Origin: Myxococcota bacterium | Lineage (GTDB): Bacteria > Myxococcota > JACRCW01 | DNA: 14,257 nt | Direction: 5' to 3' | Assembly (NCBI GenBank): GCA_040752415.1 | Contig: JBFMGU010000268.1 | Span: 1 to 14,257 of the forward strand | Shown here: positions 8,701 through 14,257 of the stretch, in pieces | Layout: each line of letters starts with the position of its first letter | Numbering within the stretch: position 1 is the first letter of the stretch | Notes under the pieces: model-generated | The model's database searches: none | What the model saw: only the letters and a program-made list of their open reading frames with translations | What the model was told of the DNA's origin: nothing | Made by a program: the position numbers and the translations under genes

Positions 8701-11401
8701 GCAGATTTCCGCCGCGAACCTGGTGGTCCCGCTCCTGGACCCGGTCACGCCGCTCAATGAAGACGATACGGGGGCGAGCATGAGCGGCATCCAGGCGCGC
8801 ATGCGCATCACGCACGACCCGCTGGAGGGTAACCCCCTCCGCTTTGTGTCCGTGCAAGAGGGCCTCCTGGGGGCGGCGGAGGTTGCTGGCGCGCCGGTCG
8901 GCTCCACGGACATGCGCCTCACGTTCTTCTTCGAGGCGGTCCACAATGTGTCCGTCTACTCAGAGGACGCCGTTGGCAACTCGGACGTGTTCAACTTCCA
9001 GCTGGACATCCGCACGGGCACCATCAACGTGACCATCACCCCACGGGACACCAGCGGAACCGGCCTACCGGTCTACCTGGGCCTCGCGGACGATCAGGAT
9101 TCCGGGAAGGCCGGGCTGCAGCCCCTCATCTCCGTCGAGACCAGCGAGTCCGGCAGCTACACGGCCACGCTGGAGGTGGGAACCACTTCGGGACTGACCC
9201 AGGTGCAGAGCAAGAACGTCACCGGCACCACGTTCAGCTTTGACGTCAGCGCCTTCCCCGCAAACATCCTGGAGGACGGGCTGCGGGAGATCCGTGTCAC
9301 GGTGAACAACGGCATCATCGGCGGAGAAGCCACCACCTACTATTACGTGGACACCACGCGCCCGGTGGTGGCGTTCACCGCAGACGGGGTGCGCGACCTC
9401 TACAACCTGACCCACGACGAGCTGCCTTCCGCGGGATTGCAGACCACCTTGAAGGTCACGGTGTCCGACTGCGGCACCAGCGGGTACGCGGGGGAGCTCG
9501 TGGTCAGCACGTCGTTGGGCGGCGGGACGTTGGCGACGGTGTCGATCTCGTCGAACTACGACGCGACCTCGCCGTTGCTCGTGCCGGTCACGCTGGACCA
9601 CGGCAATCACACCCTGACCGTGACGTGCACTGACGTGTCCAACAACACCAACCAGCCGGCGCTGACGTACGCCACCGCAGTGGACGCCGTCGCTCCAACC
9701 AACAGCGGCCTGACCTACACCGCCATCGACCGCCGCCGCGCCAGCCTCAAACTCAACTTCACCGCCGCGGGTGACGACGGAGATCAGGGCGCCACCGCAA
9801 CCTACTCCGTGGCGATGTCCACCCAGCCCATCACCACCGACGCGCAATTCACTGCGGCCACACCGGTGGCGTTCACGCATGCTGGATTGGTGGCGCCGGG
9901 CAACCCGCAGGTCTTTGACGTGACGGACCTGGCCGTGGAGCAGCAGCTCTACTTCGCGGTGCGCGCCGAGGATGACCAGGGGAACGCATCCATCATCACC
10001 AACGCCAACGTGGTGGATCTGCGGCTGCTGACCCGCACCGTGGTGGGCAGCGACGGCGGCACGGGTCTGTTTGGCACCGCACTGAACCGCGTTGGCGGGG
10101 ACATCAACGGCGACGGCTTCGAAGACATCGTCGTGGGCGTGACGGGCAACGACAGCGGCGCGGGCGAGGTTCACGTCTATTACGGCAGCGCGGACATGGC
10201 CCTGGGCGACACCACCATCAACCCGGCCGCCATTGCCACCACCATCCTCAAGCCAGCCACCGGCAACAACACTGCGGGCTGCGGCGCGGGTGTGTTCATC
10301 CTCGGCGACCTGGATGGCGACGGCTTCGACGACGTCATGACCCGCTGCGGAACAAGCCACAACAAGGTCTACCTCTGGTACGGCGCCTCTCCCCGCATCT
10401 CAGATGGTGCAGCGCCGGTGGTCATCTCCGAGACCAGCGGCGGTGCCACCACGGCGCTGGGCTTTGGCGCGGCCGGAGTGGACTTCAACGGCGACAACAT
10501 TCCCGACCTGGCCATTGGCGAAGCGGTCCGGACGAGCAGCTCGCCGGTGCAGGGCACGGTGTGGATCCTGTACGGTACGGACTCGGGGGGCGGGGGCGCG
10601 CCCTACGACCGCCTGAGCACCGTGGACCTGGCAACCCTGACCGGGACGGCAACGCGGGTGCGCGGGCCGCTCAACGCCTACTTCGGCGCGGCGGTGACGC
10701 AGGTGCCCAGCTTCAACTCCGAGGACACCATCCCCGACCTTGTGGTGGGCTCGCCGTTCCACGACGGAGCGAACACCGACATGGGCCGGCTCTATGTCGT
10801 GCGCGGCCGCACAGGGGCGGCGGGGAGCATCATTGACGTCAGCACCGACGGCACCAACACCGAGGTTCGCGAGGTGACCGGCAGCAACGGTCTGCGTCTG
10901 GGCTACCGGGTCATGACAGGAGACTTCAACGGGGATGGCGTGGTGGATGTGGCCGCGGCGGGCGAGTCCAAGCTGGTATCCGGCACGACCTACAACGGCG
11001 GTGCGTACATCTACACCGTTGCGTCCGGCGGCGGTCTGGCGGCCAGTCCCATCACGCTGCTTCCCAGCACCGGTGTCCAGGCACTGCAGATTGCGTCGCT
11101 GCGGGACTTCAATGGCGACGGAAGCGATGACCTGGGATACGGCATCGGCGGAATTCTGTCCGGGTTCACCTACCCCGAGCAGGGCCTGGTGGTGCTCGGC
11201 TCGACGGGCCTGGCGAACCGTCTCGCCACCGACCCCAACACCCACGTGGCGGACTACGCCTTCTCGCTGGACCTGGAACCCAATGATCCCTTCCTCACGG
11301 TGGCCGGCGGCAGCGATGTCAACAATGACGGCTACCCCGACCTGATCATCGCGAACAAGGGCGGAAACGGGACGAACGGGCAGTTGCTCATCAAGTACTG
11401 A
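2765..11401 (+). CDS. Giant surface lipoprotein/adhesin (~2878 aa): lipoprotein signal, many bacterial Ig-like domains, FN3-like domain, C-terminal FG-GAP (integrin-alpha-like) beta-propeller
   Basis: RBS-like GAGGA before ATG 2765. Signal peptide RTRARLGTLALSVGLLGLGAC has a lipobox Cys at 2867-2869. The protein is Thr/Val/Gly/Asp-rich with recurring D-x-(A/x)-G-N and (V/L)D-x-x-(A/P)-P Ig-domain boundary motifs. FN3-like segment LNFTAAGDDG...YFAVRAEDDQGN at ~9683-10020. Seven FG-GAP-type repeats run from 10070 to the end. Confidence 0.92.
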   Translation: MTMTTGFLPSRSFARTRARLGTLALSVGLLGLGACEGCPLVPPGTEDAGVVTLRGQLFFSAPSDNANLTLADDADPSQPGFQVQVEVRGQGVADGTVVTLKVDTRPGEELTDRINGGIVRFRPTLAGGPFPGGKANKLEVSAPDADGAAITVKVIENTAASCSFRSPANGANLFTDGNTGEPGFQTDVTVACAGTTVQAEGPVRLEVFQGLQTTGTPVLTVPLALSNGEATFQSVTLPEGDVTLQASVRSTSGQQVGHTSIRVRVDTGRCDAQIISPPASSVLTTQNSTDLDPSTPETLDLNFTVTSVLCPGGSVSLQVNDATATGNLSAGTGVVRVALPQGSVQVVATIDDGDGPRQPGDSPAVSYTVDTLAPCPALTAPAANAILTAGDDEEVPPNAANGVTYTLRGTVTNAENTSQVNVNVLRGMQSFTQVAVPLSGNEFSLPLQNMTANRYTVRLSAVDTYGNACSAPDQSFDVNLDAAAVTVAIVNDTQPADTNLIRIEDASATDDGMQAVVRVRLQNANPSSGQASVTLALAGGAPIELGPVTLAGDGTAEFTTTLADGDYSVVGVVSFGDGRPAVATVAPLDITVDGTPPELSLLRPADGVTINTTSVDVEVQVTGTDLNGNPVLTFGAQTLNPTVSNGGVHGWTVTGLDTAAPNVMVVSVSDLAGNRAEITLTVNVDTTPPTGTLSGLNPDGESLTLSTDILQPTRLDISTTEGALALDYNNNAADGLQYGFAVELSLEDCASLGANPVAVLDLPGNDVDEVVALTTVGAVCRGTANNGGAGYTLPDGLGEATLTLVDVAGNVTVITVYLDVYRAPAFVRIDSPQDNALVNGNGLVVQGSTNLSGTGTCTLVVDGTDGPSVALASSLAFPGVDINNGASVQLLVRCANAQETVTSLPVTVLADSLPPANAALRLSNGTPIPPAFNLGYRSEGQLGSGRYTRTMAVEVDAEGGCSRLRGAVLTTTPQNTVYNARGDGTGGTFWQYSSTPTERCTAFFDDVDFGLENEPGFTTTLSATVADSAGNSATVQASVLTDQVAPELGPRTSPVNTVLGSSDDAVGDLSDGFQVTFTVPITADGRAGTVTFTCSGNDAETSCPAPQVVAADATEISVTVTVADGSGDASVTLTMDVVDAAGNASSSSVGLAIDLSAPVAGNPALTLDDGTPLPTTLNATMPSQVSGTGRYLRDLGLELDAENGACDTLGTPTLNVSNVQGNTDYVAGAYTLVGGTRCRALFDNVDLGDEQEDDLTSTLTVTLSDAAGNRTQVLSGTVVLDVVAPQLGTPTPADGTTLGASGDFDSNPGNGIQVQLSVPLLNADGRTGDASLACTGNDGETSCPTGQAVAGNASDVTLLATVADASGDANVTLTLTVTDGAGNSAQVVVALTVDLTAPAAGNAAVVLGDGTALPAAFNASAVSSTVGSGRFTQDLALEVDAVNGSCDDVSSATLTATPTPGGTSVLYTAGFTLVGARCRAVFPAVDLGSEGDAGTVSTLDVTVTDAVGNTAPAASTSLLLDQVAPVLGSYTAPRALLLGLADDDDDVIANGFQLTLDVAITNPDGRTASAQLTCTEGANQTAGEVQCPATPTSLTAGATSAVLTGITVADGSGDASPTVTLVVSDAAGNVSNSVVVSLTLDLTAATLTLTNPTDQRRFKAADDARPDPGFQMPVVGVAPTTSANSSLEIAINGGSFQEACNTGAGTNCAGAVTLPDPPDGTYAVVARMRELSGNTSASINRTVYVDTQAPVVTSITVVADVSGNNDGKGTLVDESVANQAVAGYQTNIVVTVTGVEDNQQLTLSTNVAGTNPQTAAVVGGQVTFTVTLFDGAHTLQAAVSDLAGNPGSGMQAFLVDVTAPTVSITQPNPSTTSILTSSSDADGNSATSGYQFGNGASALVASTSAADGDTCTLRVVNDGTFTPVATTASGAQVAFGLGTRVPESAALGGTTQLQVQCTDANGNVGVSSVFAPQVDTLAPQISAANLVVPLLDPVTPLNEDDTGASMSGIQARMRITHDPLEGNPLRFVSVQEGLLGAAEVAGAPVGSTDMRLTFFFEAVHNVSVYSEDAVGNSDVFNFQLDIRTGTINVTITPRDTSGTGLPVYLGLADDQDSGKAGLQPLISVETSESGSYTATLEVGTTSGLTQVQSKNVTGTTFSFDVSAFPANILEDGLREIRVTVNNGIIGGEATTYYYVDTTRPVVAFTADGVRDLYNLTHDELPSAGLQTTLKVTVSDCGTSGYAGELVVSTSLGGGTLATVSISSNYDATSPLLVPVTLDHGNHTLTVTCTDVSNNTNQPALTYATAVDAVAPTNSGLTYTAIDRRRASLKLNFTAAGDDGDQGATATYSVAMSTQPITTDAQFTAATPVAFTHAGLVAPGNPQVFDVTDLAVEQQLYFAVRAEDDQGNASIITNANVVDLRLLTRTVVGSDGGTGLFGTALNRVGGDINGDGFEDIVVGVTGNDSGAGEVHVYYGSADMALGDTTINPAAIATTILKPATGNNTAGCGAGVFILGDLDGDGFDDVMTRCGTSHNKVYLWYGASPRISDGAAPVVISETSGGATTALGFGAAGVDFNGDNIPDLAIGEAVRTSSSPVQGTVWILYGTDSGGGGAPYDRLSTVDLATLTGTATRVRGPLNAYFGAAVTQVPSFNSEDTIPDLVVGSPFHDGANTDMGRLYVVRGRTGAAGSIIDVSTDGTNTEVREVTGSNGLRLGYRVMTGDFNGDGVVDVAAAGESKLVSGTTYNGGAYIYTVASGGGLAASPITLLPSTGVQALQIASLRDFNGDGSDDLGYGIGGILSGFTYPEQGLVVLGSTGLANRLATDPNTHVADYAFSLDLEPNDPFLTVAGGSDVNNDGYPDLIIANKGGNGTNGQLLIKY
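5501..7693 (+). repeat. Three diverged tandem intragenic repeats of about 240-247 aa, each apparently two Ig-like domains
   Basis: Units 5501-6232, 6233-6952 and 6953-7693 share motifs such as N.A..L..GT..P...N, G(S/T)GR(Y/F), EVDA/ELDA..G.C, RC.A.F..VD(F/L)G, D(Q/V)VAP.LG, DGR, VAD(G/A)SGDA and D.AGN. Confidence 0.85.
10070..11398 (+). repeat. Seven FG-GAP / Ca-binding DxNGDG repeats (predicted 7-bladed beta-propeller)
   Basis: GDINGDGFEDIVVG, GDLDGDGFDDVMTR, VDFNGDNIPDLAIG, PSFNSEDTIPDLVVG (degenerate), GDFNGDGVVDVAAA, RDFNGDGSDDLGYG, SDVNNDGYPDLIIA. Confidence 0.88.
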
Positions 11402-11437
11402 GTGGTTCTCTAATACGTGGCAGGCAGGAGGCAAGAC

Positions 11438-11620
11438 ATGGGCAACACGCAGACAAAGGCCGCTGGGGACGAGAAGTCGCCCAAGCGGACCTATGCGCCC
11501 CCGTCGGTGGAGAGTGCGGAAGCGTTTGAGCGTGCCGCGCTGGGCTGCACCCAGGGCGACACCACGAACCCAGACAAGTCACCCGAGGACTGCGGCGGAA
11601 TCGGAGTTCCCGCCAGCTGA
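11438..11620 (+). CDS. Putative RiPP precursor peptide (60 aa)
   Basis: Perfect RBS AGGAGG (11426-11431) before ATG 11438. Sequence MGNTQTKAAGDEKSPKRTYAPPSVESAEAFERAALGCTQGDTTNPDKSPEDCGGIGVPAS carries a KRxYxPPxV RRE-binding-type leader motif and two Cys in the C-terminal part. It lies directly upstream of the kinase-like and rSAM/SPASM genes. Confidence 0.82.
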   Translation: MGNTQTKAAGDEKSPKRTYAPPSVESAEAFERAALGCTQGDTTNPDKSPEDCGGIGVPAS

Positions 11621-11626
11621 GCGCGC

Positions 11627-12421
11627 ATGACAGCAGTCCACTTCCTGGAGATAGCGGATCTGGGGGTCCGGTTGGACCTGCTGGACGACGAGGAGCCACC
11701 GGGTCCACGTTTTGAGCCGTTTGCTGCCCTGTCGCGGACCCGGGTGGACGTGGTCCTGAGGCAGCGGCTCTCGCCTCCCGACGAGCGAAGCTCCTGGCAG
11801 TACCACCGGGAGAAGGTTCTTCACCTTTGGCAGTGCGGTGATGGGGAGTTCGAATTCCAGCGTGTCCGGGATGTCTCCATCAACCCGCCCTACAGCCACA
11901 CGGACCTGGCGCTGGACACCGGGTTGCGCGTGATCCTGGCGCGCTTCCTGGCCACGCGCGGAGGCCTCCTGCTCCATGCCAGCGGTTGGCGACGGGACCG
12001 GACCGCCGCGGTATTCTTCGGGATGCACGGCGCGGGCAAGTCCACGACGGTTCGAAGCGCCGCCACGGGTGAATACCTATGCGACGACGGCATCATCATC
12101 CGGGCGTCGACCGGAGGATGGCGCGCCTACGGAACCCCGTTCCGGGGCACGGACGGCCGACCGGGCTCACCCGGCGGCGGCGCGTTGCACGGATTGTATG
12201 CGCTCCGAAAGCAGGCCGGCCCCCCGGTGATCCGCAGGCTTGAGCAACTGTCCGCCCTCAAGCAACTGATGCGTTGCGTGATGCTCCACGACGAAACCAC
12301 GGTGGAACGCGAGGGCAGCCTGGACACCGCCACGCGTCTGGTGCGCGATGGTTGGGTCCGCGAGCTGGCGCTGGGCCTGGGCACCAATCCGTGGGACGCG
12401 CTCGCCGACTGGGCGAACTGA
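11627..12421 (+). CDS. HPr-kinase/PEPCK-like P-loop protein (RiPP-associated kinase-like)
   Basis: GGLLLHASG (His motif at ~11972), Walker A GMHGAGKST (12020-12046), YLCDD acidic pair, WRAYGTPF. Starts 6 bp after the peptide stop. Confidence 0.82.
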   Translation: MTAVHFLEIADLGVRLDLLDDEEPPGPRFEPFAALSRTRVDVVLRQRLSPPDERSSWQYHREKVLHLWQCGDGEFEFQRVRDVSINPPYSHTDLALDTGLRVILARFLATRGGLLLHASGWRRDRTAAVFFGMHGAGKSTTVRSAATGEYLCDDGIIIRASTGGWRAYGTPFRGTDGRPGSPGGGALHGLYALRKQAGPPVIRRLEQLSALKQLMRCVMLHDETTVEREGSLDTATRLVRDGWVRELALGLGTNPWDALADWAN

Positions 12422-12431
12422 AGGGGCGGCC

Positions 12432-13547
12432 GTGGCCACAACCAGCAAAGCACCCCGACCCCGCCGCGCGATGCTCCATGTCACGCACCGCTGTGACCTG
12501 GCATGCCAGCACTGCTTCCAGACGGAGGAAACCCACCCGCACGAGCAAATGAGCCGGGAACAGATTGCGCACCTCCTCGACGAGCTGGCAGCCGCGGGTG
12601 TGCTCTTCCTGACCCTGACGGGCGGTGAGCCGTTCCTGCGTCGCGACCTGCTGGACATTGTGGCCGACGCACGGGCCCGGCGCTTTGCGGTGATCATCAA
12701 GACGGCGGGACACCACATCACCGCGGAGAAGGCGCAGCGGCTGAAACAACTGGGCGTGCACGAGGTGCAAATCAGCCTCTACAGCCATGACCCCGCGGTG
12801 TCGGATTCCTTCACGCAACGCAGAGGTTCGTGGCAACGCACCGTCAACGGCCTCCGCCTCCTTCGCCAGGCGGGCGTACGCACCAACGTGCGCGCTGCGC
12901 TGACGAGCTTCAACCACGACCACGTGCGGGAGTTGAAGGCCTTGGCGGAGAGCCTGGGGGCCGAGATGCAGTTTGGCGCCGGCGTGGACATCCGCACCAA
13001 CGGCGACCGCTCCGGCTTGCGTTTCAACGTCACGGCGGAGCAACGCGCGCGCGCCGCGGAGGAGATGGGAGCAACGCCTGAGAACGTCATGAATAACGCC
13101 GAGGCGATCTGCGCTGGCGACGGATTCTCGATGAGCGACCGGCATCTGTGCTCCGCCGCGCGTGACCTGGTCTCCATCAGCGCTACTGGCGAAGTGCATC
13201 CGTGCATGCTGCATCCTCGCTCGGGCGGAAACGCGCTCAGCCAGGGGTTCCGCAAGGTCTGGGAGGAGAGCTCGCTGCTGAACGATGTCCGCCGCATCAC
13301 CTACGGCGAGATGGCGCGGACGGGTTGCGCAGGGTGCGGGTACCAGAGCTCATGCAAGCCATGCATGGCACTGGCCGCGAGCGAGAACGGCGACAGCCGC
13401 TCGTGCAACACCTCCAGCCATCTGAACGCCCAGGCAACCCTGCTGCTGGCCCGCGCGCGACTACCCACCCCTCCCGGCGGGTGGCCAGAGCCGGCACCGC
13501 CGCCCCACCTGCGCAATGGGCGCGGTCTGCTTCGCGTCTTGTCGTGA
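12432..13547 (+). CDS. Radical SAM enzyme with SPASM domain (peptide maturase type)
   Basis: CDLACQHC (12492-12515), LTGGEPFLRRD and VQISLYS motifs. SPASM Cys pattern CSAARDLVSISATGEVHPC...CAGCGYQSSCKPC...C (13149-13406). GTG 12432 follows AAGGGG, 10 bp after the kinase stop. Confidence 0.93.
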   Translation: MATTSKAPRPRRAMLHVTHRCDLACQHCFQTEETHPHEQMSREQIAHLLDELAAAGVLFLTLTGGEPFLRRDLLDIVADARARRFAVIIKTAGHHITAEKAQRLKQLGVHEVQISLYSHDPAVSDSFTQRRGSWQRTVNGLRLLRQAGVRTNVRAALTSFNHDHVRELKALAESLGAEMQFGAGVDIRTNGDRSGLRFNVTAEQRARAAEEMGATPENVMNNAEAICAGDGFSMSDRHLCSAARDLVSISATGEVHPCMLHPRSGGNALSQGFRKVWEESSLLNDVRRITYGEMARTGCAGCGYQSSCKPCMALAASENGDSRSCNTSSHLNAQATLLLARARLPTPPGGWPEPAPPPHLRNGRGLLRVLS

Positions 13548-13597
13548 ACCGGAGCGGGCCGCCGCGAGGAACGGCGACGACCCGCACCCCACCGTGC

Positions 13598-14257
13598 TTA
13601 CTTCGTGGGCTCCGCGCTGGCTTCCACGGCGCGGTTGTCTTCCACCTCCGCGCTGATGGGCCCGCCAATGCCCGCGCCCAACGCCGCCAGCGGCACCGCC
13701 ATGCCCACCACCAGCGCACTGGTGATGGCCAGGGCCTGCGGCGTGTTGGAGGTGATGTCCCCGCCCGCAATCTGGTTGCGGAAGGAGCGCAGCGGCTCCG
13801 GCACGTAGGTCACCACCAGGAACGACGTCACCAGGCCCAGCACGGTGCCCACGCCGCCAAAGAAGAGCGCGCCAATCACCGCGCCCAGCAGCGACGGCTG
13901 CGGGCCCATCAGCGGCCGCACGATGCGCTGCACCACCGCCGAGGCCAACACCGCCAACGAGAGCACCACCGCTACCACCGCGCCGGTGATGAGCATGTTC
14001 AGCGGCACCCCCAGCGGCTGGATGGACTGGATGTCCTGCGGAAGCACCATGGGCAACAGCGCCAGCGGCGTGGCCACGCCCAGCCCCAGCACCAGGATCA
14101 CCGCGGCACCGGCCACGCCCGTCACCGCGTCCATCAGCAACCGGTTCCCCAGCGGCGCCTTCTCCACTCGGGCCACCGGCGCCGGCGTGGGAGCGGGCGG
14201 AACCGGCTCAGCCGCGGCGGCGGGCGCGGGAGCGGGGGCGGCCGCGGCGGGCGCCTC
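13598..14257 (-). CDS. Partial (5' end outside the window) multi-pass membrane protein with Pro/Ala-rich N-terminal linker
   Basis: The frame is open to the right window edge (EAPAAAAPAPAP...VARVEKAPLG). It has about four hydrophobic segments and a TAA stop at 13598-13600, convergent with the rSAM gene. Confidence 0.75.
   Translation of the reverse strand, partial: EAPAAAAPAPAPAAAAEPVPPAPTPAPVARVEKAPLGNRLLMDAVTGVAGAAVILVLGLGVATPLALLPMVLPQDIQSIQPLGVPLNMLITGAVVAVVLSLAVLASAVVQRIVRPLMGPQPSLLGAVIGALFFGGVGTVLGLVTSFLVVTYVPEPLRSFRNQIAGGDITSNTPQALAITSALVVGMAVPLAALGAGIGGPISAEVEDNRAVEASAEPTK

Noticed and set aside
11340..11401. C-terminal Tyr of the giant protein as an autotransporter beta-signal
   Set aside because: The C-terminal region is fully explained by FG-GAP blades, and no beta-barrel domain is evident.
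11438..11620. Lasso peptide reading: T38-Q39|G40 cleavage with Asp at core position 7, a YxxP leader and a terminal Ser
   Set aside because: There is no asparagine-synthetase-like lasso cyclase or B2 protease in the window. The Tyr would sit at -21 rather than about -17, and the adjacent maturase is a radical SAM. It cannot be fully excluded if the enzymes act in trans.
2322..13547. PQQ or mycofactocin biosynthesis (PqqD + PqqE/MftC-like)
   Set aside because: No pqqB/pqqC or mft accessory genes are present. The peptide lacks the PqqA ExxxY and MftA IDGxCGVY motifs.
13548..13597. Possible bidirectional terminator between the convergent rSAM and membrane-protein genes
   Set aside because: Only an imperfect GC stem (GCGGG..CGCCG / CGGCG..CCCGC) with no U-tract on either strand. 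This is expected by chance at this GC content.
13598..14257. Membrane protein as the exporter or immunity factor of the RiPP cluster
   Set aside because: It is on the opposite strand, truncated, and has no transporter motifs. Nothing links it to the cluster beyond adjacency.

Overview
High-GC bacterial window; the composition, Pro/Ala-rich linkers and protein types suggest a Myxococcota-like organism (inference). Left to right: a partial minus-strand gene with a degenerate receiver domain, a small basic minus-strand protein, and a plus-strand alpha/beta hydrolase. Then comes a co-oriented, tightly spaced plus-strand cluster. It holds a stand-alone PqqD/RRE gene, a ~2878-aa lipoprotein (Ig-like stalk, FN3-like domain, seven FG-GAP repeats), a 60-aa peptide with a YxxP leader motif and two Cys, an HPr-kinase-like P-loop protein and a radical SAM/SPASM enzyme. 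A convergent, partial membrane-protein gene closes the window. The main observation is an apparent RiPP system (RRE + precursor + kinase + rSAM/SPASM) with a giant integrin-like surface adhesin gene sitting inside it. No lasso cyclase, dedicated leader protease or transporter is seen in the window. All family calls come from reading motifs by eye; no database searches were run.
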